A DNA stretch of 64,000 nt from positions 3,934,799-3,998,798 of the forward strand of contig MU053588.1 in the NCBI GenBank assembly GCA_013239625.1, written 5' to 3'. This document shows positions 1-11,037 of this stretch, piece by piece. Source of the DNA: Lama guanicoe. Lineage: Eukaryota. Made by a program: the position numbers and the translations under genes. The notes under the pieces are model-generated. The model was not told the DNA's origin. It saw nothing but the letters and a program-made list of their open reading frames with translations, and made no database searches. The number at the start of each line of letters is the position of its first letter. Within the stretch, counting starts at the first letter, position 1.

Positions 1-1171
1 TCTGAGTACCTTATATAAGTGAAATCATACAATATTTGATATTTTGTGTCTGGCTTATTTCATTTAGCATAATATTTTCAGGGTTTCCATGTGGTAGCAT
101 GTATTAAAATTGTACTCCTTTTTAAAGCTGAATAATATTTCATAATATGTGTAAACTACATTTTGTTTATGCACTCATCTATTGTGTACATGTGTTTTTT
201 TCCACCACCTTTGGCTACTGTAATGTTGCTATGAACACTGGTGTACAAATATCCATTTAAATTCTTGCCTTCAGTTCTTTTGGGTATATACCTTAAAGTG
301 GGATTGTTGGATTACAGGGTAATTCTATGTCAGAATTTTCGAGGAACCACCATATTGTTTTCCACAGCAGCTGCACCGTTTTACATTCCTACCAGCAATG
401 CACAAGAGTTCTAATTTCTCCACATCCTCACCAACACTTGTCATTATCTTTTTTCTTTTATAATAGTAGCCATCATAATGCATGTGAAGTGGTATCTAAT
501 TGTGGTTTTGATTTGCATTTCCCCAATAATGAATGATATTGATCATCTTTTCATGTTCTTTTTGGCCATTTGTATATTTTCATGGAAGAAATATCTATTC
601 ATTTGCTCACTTAAGAATGGGGTTGTTTGTTTTCTATTGTTGAGTTGTAGAAATTCTTTATATATTTTGGATATTAATTTCCTGTCAGATAAATAATTTG
701 AAAATCTTTTTCCCTTTCTGAGGGTTGCCTTTTTACTACATTTATATTTACCTTTGATGCACAAAAGTATTTAATTTTGATGAAGTCCAATTGATTTATT
801 TTTTCTGTGCTTGCAGTATCATGTCCAAGAAATTGTTGCCAAATCCAGTGTCATGAAGATTCCCCTATATGTTTTATTTTAAGAGTTTTATAGTATTAAC
901 TCTTACTTTTAAATCTTTGATCCATTTTGAGTTAATTTTTGATTATGGTGTGAGGTACGTGTCCAAATTCATTCTTCTGCATGTAGGTGTCTCGTTTTCC
1001 CAGCACCATTTGTTGAAGAGACTGTTCTTTCCCCCATTGAATGGTCTTAGCCCCCTTGTCAAAATCAATTGACGGTCCATGTGTGAGTTTTTATGGACTC
1101 TGAATTCTGTTCCATTGATCTGTATGCCTGTCTTTATGTCAGCAACACAGTTTTTTATTATGATACCTTTG
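1..1171 (-). mobile_element. L1 fragment (ORF2 C-terminal region and 3' UTR), interrupted by an ERV
   Basis: Minus-strand translations match L1 ORF2 (SDRKLISKIYKEFLQLN, KNSLFNKWCWEN, CRRMNLDTYLTP). Confidence 0.9.
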
Positions 1172-1586
1172 TGTAGGCCCCCGCCTGAAGGCTCTAGAGA
1201 ATAAGCTGTGGGCTGAACTGATAAACAAGCTGTGAGGAATGTCATCATGTATCCAGTATAGATGGCTGGATAGTCAATGACGGGTAAGATCCTCAGAGGA
1301 GGACAACCTAAGACAGGCACAGCCGGCTGGATGAGAGATGGCCTACTTAATGAAGTTTCGTGACGAACTTTAAAACAGTCTGTCCTTGATCATGTAACAT
1401 CCTGTGCTTACTGCAGGAACTTGGGGACCTAAATAGATTAAGATTATTAACATTGTCATAACTTAGATGATATGTGAGGCATCGTGCATGTCCTATATAA
1501 ACCTTTTTCCAAGAGTCAATAAACAGAGAACTGCTTCGCTTCTCTCCACATGGTGTTCGTGTGTACATGATATCGCGCCACCGACA
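1172..1586 (+). mobile_element. 5' LTR of a class II (betaretrovirus-like) ERV
   Basis: TGTAGG...CCGACA imperfect terminal inverted repeat; TATATAA 1494-1500; AATAAA 1518-1523; followed after 2 nt by a primer-binding site. Confidence 0.85.
1264..1324 (+). promoter_or_regulatory. CTE-like RNA export element (single NXF1/TAP-binding loop) in LTR U3
   Basis: CAATGACGGGTAAGA (1275-1289) and AACCTAAGACAGG (1305-1317) are the two MPMV/SRV CTE core strands. They are joined by a TCCTC-AGAG-GAGGA hairpin and closed by GGCTG/CAGCC. Confidence 0.8.
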
Positions 1587-1588
1587 TT

Positions 1589-1606
1589 TGGTGACCCCGA
1601 CGTGAT
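1589..1606 (+). promoter_or_regulatory. Retroviral primer-binding site, tRNA-Trp
   Basis: TGGTGACCCCGACGTGAT is the reverse complement of the 3' 18 nt of vertebrate tRNA-Trp (ATCACGTCGGGGTCACCA). Confidence 0.85.
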
Positions 1607-1688
1607 ATCAGCGTGGTGACTACATGTAAGTAAGGGGAAAAATTTATATCGGGGACTTTCAGCCTATCAGGTGCGCCGCAATGTAACT

Positions 1689-2930
1689 ATGGGACAGCAG
1701 CTGACAGTACAGCAGAGGATTTATTTCCGTATTCGGCAGCAATTGTTAAAGGCTATTTCAAAGCAGGGCACCCTCCCAGGGGCCCCTCAAAAACAAATAT
1801 AGGAAATCACTGTCAGCCAAAGTCCCATCTCACCATTTCTGACCTCATCACATCTTCCCCCGGGAGTGCAAGTTTAGATCTAATGACTATTGATAATGAG
1901 TTGATACATGACAGTAATAAAACCTACTTAATCTCTACTGGAGTTCTGGGTATTTTGGATTGCTATTAGGGAGATTATCTGTGGGCTTAAACGGGTTAAC
2001 AGTTTTACCTTGTGTTATTGATAATGATTATACTGGAAAAATTAAAATTATGGTTCATGCCTCTTCTTATTACATTATTCCTAAGCAATCTCGAATTGCT
2101 CAAATTATTTTGATACCTTATTTACCTGCTCAAAAATTTGCTGATAATAACAGAGGAGATAAGGGCTTTGGACATGCAGGACAGAAAGCTTTTTGGACAC
2201 ATCCATTAACCGATAAAGAGACCTGTTTTAACAGTTTCAATACAAGGAAAGCAATTTACAGGGTTATTAGACACAGGAGTGGACAAAACTATTATTTCCA
2301 GTTTTAATTGGCCTTCTGATTGGCAAAAACACAAATCTGATGTTACTATTAAGGAGTTAATGGAATGATGGCACCTAAAATAAGTTCTCACCCACTAAAG
2401 GTCCAAGGGCCTAAAAATAAAACGGCCTTTGTAACTGCTTTTATATTACCAATACCCTGTACTCTATGCGGCAGGGACTTTCTTGCTCAGTGAAACCTGA
2501 CCTTAAAGATTGATCCTTTTTAATAGGGGCTGCTGCTACTATCCCAAATATTATTCCCATTGCTCTAACATGGACCCAACAGCAACCTGTTTGGGTGGAG
2601 CAATGGCCCCTTCCTAAAGAAAAATTACAAACATTACAAAAATTGGTTGCAAAACAACTAAAGTTGGGTCATTTAAAACATCTACTAGTCCTTAAAACAC
2701 ACCTGTTTTTGTAATCAAAAAAGAAATGGAGGTTATTGCAAGATTTGCATGCAAAAAATGCTGTAATGCAACCTATGGGACCCTTACAGAAGGGGCTGCC
2801 CAATCCTTCACTTATTCCTGACTCTTGGCCCTTACTTGTTATTAATATAAAGGATTGTTTTTCTCATTACCTTTGCACAAAGCTAATAAGAAAAATTTGC
2901 CTTTACTGTTCCTACCTGTAACAATCAGGA
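1689..2930 (+). pseudogene. Degenerate ERV internal region: truncated gag, dUTPase-protease, N-terminal reverse transcriptase
   Basis: MGQQLTVQQRIY gag start at 1689; dUTPase motifs (VIDNDYTGKIKIM, RIAQIILIPY, RGDKGFG); protease LLDTGVD at about 2264-2284; RT motifs ([47 protein letters not shown]). Multiple stops and frameshifts. Confidence 0.9.
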
Positions 2931-4199
2931 GTTTTCATACTACTTCATGAAGTCCTGCTAGACTCTATTTTTGGTGCCTACCTGCCTCAGCCCCCTTTCA
3001 TAGCTCTTAGTTGCAATACACATGAGTATCTTTTTATTGATCTGCCTTTCTAAATTAACAGGCAGATCTTTGTAGGCAGATACATTTCAGATCTGTCTGT
3101 ATGTCCCCTTAGAAAGGCTATCTTAGGCTAGAAGAAGGTCCTTGGTCCCAGCATCCTGATAGGAAATGAAATCACAGAGACAGAGTGTCAGAGGTTGTGA
3201 TTAGAACTTATGCAAATTTAGTAGATGGTAGGCTGGTGGAGGAAGGAGTTGAAATATTTGTTTCTGGGCTGAGTGGGGTAAGGGTCAATCACATGTCTAC
3301 AGGGGTTAATTTGGGCATGGGAGTTCACGGGAGTATTTATTCCCAGCCTTAGGACAGAAACCTCCATCCTTACAGTGTGAAGGACATACATCTTATATCT
3401 GGTTCTTTATGTCAGGAATTTACCTCAAAACAGGTCAAGGATGGACATCATAGCCTCAATCCCCAGACTTTTCTGTGGGTCTAGTTTCAGTTCTGCCTTT
3501 TTAAAGAAAAGCTGTAAGCACCCTCTGCAAACTCTGAATGAATCAGAATATGGCATCCGTTTGGCTAGAGTTCTGTCTTCACTCTTGAAAGAAACTAGGA
3601 TTCCCACAGTTGGAGTTAGGAGTCAAGAGTTAATAAGTCCAAGTGTCAGAATGGTATTATTGTAAATTGGTGATTTAGGAGATGGCAAGACAAGACTGTT
3701 CCCTCCTGGATTGTAACCCCCCTTTCTCTACCTGCCTCAAAGCATTGCTCTGTTTCAGTTTCCCAAAGACAGACATGGGGGAACAATCAGTTACTCTAAT
3801 CGTAAAAGCCAAAGATAGCAGGGTTTGATAATTCCACTTACTTCTGCCAATGCCCACTACTTGTGTTTCTCAAGCTTAGGAGCCTTTCTTTCCATAAATC
3901 AACATGGCTGCTCTTCTTCCCTCAGGGATAATCTCAAATAGCATCCCCTAATGCCTTTACTTCTAAAAGTCATGCAACTTTCAAAAATGTCATTTAGCAC
4001 TTCCCTCATCCTGCCAGAAAAACATGTCCTAGAAGGAAAATATAAGTGCTTCCCTCTTGCAGGTACTTGAGTTTTTGATGAGGTGGGGATGAGTACCTAC
4101 AAGGGAACATTCACGGGAAATCTTTACTCTGCTTTTGATGGAGATGAGATAGGAGGGTTTGATGACTGTTCTTAGTGTACAGCAACCTGGGTGCACTGA

Positions 4200-4480
4200 T
4201 AAAGATTATGTTTGGCTGTGAGTAAGACAGATAGACCCAGAAGGACAGTGGTTCAACCAAGAAACATTTTCTGTCACATAAAATTCTGGAGGTGGGCAAT
4301 TTAAGTCTGGCATTGTGGCTCTGCTCCAAAGCCCTCCAAATCATCGTATTCAAATCTGGGCAGCAGAATGGAGGCATAGAGGAAGAGAGAGAGAAAAGGG
4401 GATGAGCCAGGTACATTTAAGGAAGGTTCCCCCAAACTGCCACACAATTCTAATTATCTCCAATTGGCCATAACTGAAGA
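4200..4480. mobile_element. Old MaLR (MLT1-type) LTR fragment
   Basis: Resembles MLT1 consensus phrases (tttctgtcacataaaattctggaggtgggc; ttctaattatctccaattggcca). Confidence 0.5.
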
Positions 4481-4989
4481 TCCACGGACCAATAAAGTGG
4501 GGAAAGAACCATGAACCTAAGTGGCTTACATGAGCAAAATTAAAAAAAAAATTAATTATTGGAAGAAAGGGAGATAAATACTGGGAGTAATTAGCAGACG
4601 TGGCCCCTAATTCAGATACCAGTGACAAACACAACTTCCTGGACACTAGTACTGGTATAGAGGATCTAGTGAATTGGAATAAATTAACTGAGATGGAGGC
4701 TTACAGGTGTACTTTACAGTGTTTGAAAATCTTTCCGAAATTTTTGGCTTCTTACATCCCATTAGTCACCATGTCTTGCTGATTCTACTTGATATATGAA
4801 AAATATTTGACATTTTTCTATCACAGCTGTAGTGGAGCTTCCTTATGTCCAATCTGGATTATTGTGATAATCCTAGTGATAATGTGCAGATACCTTGCAT
4901 TTAGTTTTTTCTGATACTCCTCTTGTTCCCACACTACATCTAATATATTATATATTTCCACTAGGTTGAACTTTCTAAGACACAAGGTT

Positions 4990-7480
4990 AGTATGACTAA
5001 AGAACTAACTTTTTAATTTTATCTAATTTTAATTAATTTAAATCTAAATTTAAAAACTGAAGCAGCATCAAATAATTTCCCATTATTGACAACATTGGTG
5101 TTTTGCTAAGACTACATTTCACTGTAGTCACTGCTTTGCATAGATATTATTTTTGTACAACAGTGTTCATGTTATATGTATATGTTGTGTCTAGCATTAC
5201 ACAAATACAGCACTGATCTAGTTGATGTCATGAAATTGATGTGTTTATCTGAATATTTTATGAAGACAACATGAGTTCTGCTGATATGAAGGAAATAATA
5301 ATTGGTAACTAAATTAATTATGATTAAATTAGTATTCTAGGTCAAAAAATAAGTATGTACATATTTTTAAACTTTAAAGACAAATGTCCTACTGATGCAG
5401 AATCAAATGGAGGTCAGTGCTGTGGCCAGAACAGTATAAAACAAGAAACTGGAAGTAGATATACTGTGAATTTCATGACGAATGCCAACTACAATTTGCT
5501 GTGACAGAGCAAAACAAAAAAGCTGTTTAATTATGTAAAAAAAAAAAGGTTAAGTTAATAAAGTAGAAAACATTGTGAGACATTTTCAGCAGATACATAG
5601 TAAACTTGATGAGAAATTTCCTCTTGATAAGCAAATAAGAATAAATGAAATTAGTTGCCTGGAAATCAGAATTAAATGTGCAATGAAAAATTTAAATAAA
5701 TTTTAAACAAATAAAATTTAAATACATTTAAAACATAATCCAAGCCTATAACTTTGTCTAGCTATAAAATGGCTTTGGTCTTGCACAAAAGAATAAATCA
5801 AATTTTAGATGGAGATATAGCAAAATAAATGATTAGTTTTAATTGTAGAAATTTTATTATGATTTTATAAGAGACTAAAAATTATATAAAAAGTGAAAAA
5901 GTCTTCAATTACCATCTAACAATTGCTCATAGAATACAAGATCTTTCTAACAATGTAAAAAATCAGCTATCTCAACATTAGAAAAGCTACACGTACTCTT
6001 CTTTAGCTTCAGATGAGTTGTACAGTATAAGATACTGCTCAGTTATTACTCTGGGTACATTTTATCTCAAAAGATTTCCAGATCAAAAAGAAATGTTGTC
6101 CGTTTGCAGCCTACAAAATCAGATTCATAGCATAGATATTTTCAAATTTTTTTATATATGTCAAAAAACAATTTCCACTAGGTATGAAAAAATTCATTTC
6201 TAAAACAATGCTGTAGCTATGTTAGGTTAAAAATGTGGATTCCACAAATGACAAATGCTGGAGAGGCTGTGGAGAAAGGGGAACCCTCCTACACTGCTGG
6301 TGGGAATGCAGTTTGGTGCAGCCATTATGGAAAACAGTGTGGAGATTCCTCAAAAGACTAGGAATAGACTTACCATATGACCCAGGAATCCCACTCCTGG
6401 GCTTGTACCCAGAAGGAAACCTACTTCAGGATGACACCTGCACCCCAATGTTCATAGCAGCACTATTTACAATAGCCAAAACATGGAAACAACCTAAATG
6501 TCCATCAACAGGTGACTGGATAAAGAAGATGTGGTATATTTATACAATGGAATACTACTCAGCCATAAAAACCGACAACATAATGCCATTTGCAGCAACA
6601 TGGATGATCAGGGAAGGGATAGACTGGGATTTCAAAATTGTAGAATAGATAAACAAGATTACACTGTATAGCACAGGGAAATATACACAAAATGTTATGA
6701 TAAATCACAGAAGAAAAAAATGTGACAATGAGTGTGTATATGTCCATGAATGAGTGAAAAATTGTGCTGAACACTGGAATTTGACACAACACTGTAAAAT
6801 GATTATGAATCAATAAAAAATGTAAAAAAAAATAAATAAATTGGTGATTAAATTTTGTAACTGTTCGTAGGACCATTCAGGTTTTCTGTTTCTTCTATAC
6901 TTGCTTTTGACAATTATTATTTTTCTAGATGTTTATCTATTTCAATTAAATTCTCAAACTGTTGGCCAAAAAAAAAAAATGTGGATTCCTTAGAATTTTA
7001 AGGCAAAAGTCTAATGTCTCCCTAATTGCTTTGCTCCATAGTGTGAAAAGTATCATGGTTTAGTATATACACATAGATATTATGAATCATTATTACTTTA
7101 TGGAACTGTTGAAACAGGAAACAATGAATTAATTTATCTTATGTTCTTTGCCAACGTGCACTGGTTGAATGATTGAGTTTTACAAAGATTTACCATACTT
7201 TGAACTTTGAGACTTAAAAAAAATTTGCCAAATATTTCATAATCAAAACCCCCAAAATGACAATGTGATGTATGTTTTCTCACATACCACACTGCATATA
7301 AACAAACAAAATCTGAAACTCCAAGAAAAGGAAAACTTTTTTGTGGCCTAGATAAAAAAGTAGGAACATTTGTTGAAACTGAAATTTTTCATACATTAAT
7401 AAAAATAATTTTACGTATTTTCTAGATGAATCAATATAGAAAATATTTTCACTGTAATCAAAAGCATTGTGAAAATATTG
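4990..7480 (+). mobile_element. hAT-Charlie (Charlie1-like) DNA transposon remnant with decayed transposase, interrupted by an L1
   Basis: MER3-like AT-rich end at about 4990-5060. Decayed transposase motifs: FHDE.QLQFAVTEQNKKAV and KVENIVRHFQQIH (about 5480-5600), YSSLASDE (about 5994-6017, catalytic-Asp region), FFANVHWL (about 7143-7168). Confidence 0.7.
6244..6974 (+). mobile_element. 5'-truncated young L1 with 3' transduction
   Basis: ORF2 C-terminus ([19 protein letters not shown]...MEYYSAIK), 3' UTR and A-rich tail at about 6812-6840, an extra segment and a second A tail. 15-bp TSD AAAAATGTGGATTCC at 6229-6243 and 6975-6989. Confidence 0.9.
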
Positions 7481-7489
7481 CTTGCAATG

Positions 7490-8200
7490 AAGAAATAGGA
7501 AATCTTAGTGAAGAAATAGGAAATCTTAGTTAAGAAATAGAAACTATAACAAAGTACTAAATAAAAAGTCTAGAATTGAAAAGTGCAATATCTCAAAATT
7601 TGATAAAACATTTGATAAAAAAGCTTAACAGCAGAATTGAGAGGACAGAAAAAAATCAGTGAATCTGAAGACACAGCAATAGAAATTATCCAACCTGAAA
7701 AACTGAAAAAAAAATGTTGATAAATAACAGAGCCAATGACCTATGAGACAGTATCAAAAGATTTAACATATGACTAGCTACTTGGAATCCCAGAAGGAGA
7801 AGTAAGGGCAGAAAAAAAATCTGACACATTACACACAGAGGAAAAATAGTTCAAATGACTTCTTATAACCTATGGAGACCAGAAGTCAGTGATATAATAT
7901 CTTTAAATATATCTATATCTGTATCTATATATGTATAACAAACCTCAGAATTCCATAGCAAGAAAAAACATCCTTTAAGAACAAAGGCAATCCAGAAAAA
8001 AAAACTATGAAAATTCATTAGCAGACATGTACTCCAAGAAATGATAAATTAAATTCCTCAAGCTGAAGGGAAATGATACCAGATGGAAATTTAGATCATG
8101 TGAAAGGAATGAAGAGCATGTGAAAAAGTAAATATATGGGTAAATATTTAAGATGAGGGGGTTTTTTGGTCTTAATTTTTAAAAATACATAAAGCTGTTT
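7490..8200 (+). mobile_element. Old L1 fragment (ORF1 region)
   Basis: A-rich sequence with L1 ORF1-like phrases (ggaatcccagaaggaga, ggagaccagaagtcagtg, aaacctcagaattccatag). Confidence 0.65.
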
Positions 8201-9589
8201 CAATTTCCAAGTGGAGTGCTGATGTGATTTTCCATGGATTACTTCTTAATTGCAAAGAAAAAAATGTACCAATACAATGGAGAGAGCTGGTGGTCAGTAC
8301 ATGAACCAAGAGATCAAACATAGCTTCACTTTATGTCACCTGTTATTGTACAAATATTGAATACACAGTATTATCTATGAAATTATCTTGCCAAAAATTT
8401 AAAATCTGAAACATAATGAAGCCTCTAGACGTAACAATCCAGTTCACAATAAATAGGAGGGATAGAGAAACCAGTTAAGCCTGCCTGGAGAAAAATTAGG
8501 ACAAATACAGAATGTGGAACATTATATGCGTTACTTCTCCTGAGTCTTCAAAAAGTTTAAGTTACAAAGCAGGTGGAGGATAAGTTCTGGACCAAAAGAG
8601 ACTCAAGAGCCATAATCATGTAAAATATATGGGCTTAGCTTGGTTTTTGGCTTTTAAAAAAAGTCAGCACTTTTAAAAGACATTCTCTAAACTGGAGAAA
8701 TTTGTAAATGGACTGATTACAGAATGGTATAGGTCTACTGTTAATGTTTTTAAGGTGACAGTGGCTCAGTGGTCATATAGATTATCTTTAAATCCAGGAG
8801 TTGAATGTTGATTTTTTTAGAGGTGAAGTGATACCTAAATCATTCACTCCAAAAGCACAGAAAAATGATTATGCAGTATATATATTCAATATGTGGTAAG
8901 TGTGATATATGTGAATCTGTATATATACATTTTTATATGAGAGAGAGAGAGAGATACTGAATGTAGAGGGAGAATAAACAAACCTAAACCTTCATTGGAC
9001 CGCTGTTGTATCTTTTCTGTAAATTTGAAAATTTTCAGAAACTTGAGGGAAACTTTTCCATGTCAACATCTGTTTTCTGTCAACCTGTCACTGTTAATGT
9101 CTTAAGTTCCCTGAATTGTAGAGAATGTAGATTCTGTTACCTGTATTATAGAACTTATCATAAGAAAATTTCTTCAAATCACTTTCCAATTTTTCATTAG
9201 CTATACTCTCACTCTTCAACAGAAGCATAGAGTTTCTTCCCATTATTAATCTTCAGGGGGATAAGCTTTGAATAAAACAGTTTCTTGTTTAATATGTTCT
9301 ATGGGAATTTGTCCAAAATGAATTATCTAAAGTAAAATATGGGTAAGTGATGATAGAAGGATTTAAAAAATATACTCATAGGGTCTTCCTTCCACATGAA
9401 TTTGTTTATAGTAATGCTAGTAATTATCATTTTAAATGATAACAATATCTAGTAAGCAAATACTGTGTTAGATTCCCTACCAAGCATTTATAATTTACGT
9501 TAAATAATTTAACCTTTACCATAATATCATTATGTGGTGGAAGAATGATAATGTTAAAGGATGTGCCATGGCTAACAGCTTTCTGACTC

Positions 9590-11037
9590 TCATTCCATTA
9601 AGAGTTTCTCACCTGTGTGAAGTCTTTGATGTTGAGTAAGTTGATAGCAACGAGGAAAGGCCTTCCCGCATTCCTTACATTTGTGTGATTTCACACCAGT
9701 ATGAATTCTCTGATGTTGAGAAAGACCTGAGATAGAACGAAAGGCCTTCCTACATTCTTTACATACATATGGTTTCAAACCAGTATGGATTGTCTGATGA
9801 TAAATTAGTTGAGAATTAAGCCTAAAGGTTTTTCCACATTCCTTACATTCATAAGGTTTCTCCCCGGCATGGATTGACTGATGTGTTTTAAGGTCTCCTA
9901 CACGACTGAAGGCTTTCCCACATTGTTTACATTCATACGGTTTCAAATCACTATGAATTATCTGATGTTGAAGAAGGTATGAATGGAGCTTAAACGTCTT
10001 CCCACATTCTTTGCATTCATGTGGCTTCTCACCAGTATGAATTCTCTGATGTTGTGTAAGTTGAGATCCTCTACAGAAGGCCTTCCCACATTCCTTACAG
10101 TCATAGAATTTCTCACTACTATGAATTCTCTTATGTTTAATTAGGCTTGAGCCCCTACTAAAGGCCTTTCCGCATTCCTTACATTCATGAGGCTTCTCAC
10201 CAGTATGACTTCTCTGATGTTCAATAAGCAGATAGCTGCGAACAAACGCCTTTCCACATTGTTTACATTTATATGGTTTCTCACCAGAATGAATTTTCTT
10301 ATGTTGACAGAGACTTGAACGATGACCAAAGGACTTTCCACATTCCTTACAGATATAGGGTTTCACACCATGATGAATTTTCTGATGTAGACACATATGT
10401 CGATACAACCTAAAAGTTTCCCCACATTCGTTACATTCATAGGGTTTCAAGCCAATATGAATTTTCTGATGTTCAGTAAGGTGAGAATGACGTCTGAAGG
10501 CCTTCCCACATTGCTTACATTCATAAGGTTTCACACCAGTGTGAATTATCTGATGTTGAATAAGCTGTGAATAAAACCTAAAGGCCTTCTCACATCCATT
10601 ACATTCATAGGGCTTCGAATCAGTGTGACTTTTTCTATGCCTAATAAAATGCTGGAGAACTATAAAAGCCTTTCCACATTCCTTACATTCATAGGATCTC
10701 ACACCACTGTGGTCTCTCAGATGTTCAGTAAGGTGTGAATATTTCCTAAAGCCCTTCCTACATTCCTTACATACATATGACTTCTCTCTAGTGTGAATTT
10801 TCTGCTGTAGGGGAAGGGATGTATGTTTTCTGAATATCATTTGACTAAAGTATCCTACTTTAGGTGCCTGTTGTCTCTCAAATTCAGTTCTGATCCATGA
10901 GTCATTCCTGAAAATAAACCCCATAAGGTTGAAGGTTGAAGGTTTACTTCTTTTCATTGGCTCACAATGGTATGAATTTACTTCATAGCTGCTTTTTTCT
11001 GAAGATAATCCTTTGCTCTCAGTTGTGAAGTCAATGT
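9590..11037 (-). CDS. ZNF404: ZNF404 zinc-finger exon (14 C2H2 fingers), last coding exon
   Basis: Acceptor ttttctttcag before 11037, phase 1 (D-I-D-F-T-T-E-S); open to TGA at 9590-9592. Fingers [43 protein letters not shown] and the KLLM C-terminus match ZNF404 as recalled. Spliced CDS is 9+127+1448 = 1584 nt (527 aa). Confidence 0.93.

Noticed and set aside
2940..3870. Possible continuation of the ERV or a second LTR-element interior
   Set aside because: I could not read RT, integrase or env motifs or a 3' LTR matching 1172-1586; left unassigned.
7488..7545. 21-bp tandem repeat gaagaaataggaaatcttagt
   Set aside because: Small slippage duplication in decayed repeat DNA; not spaced like a CRISPR or a functional array.
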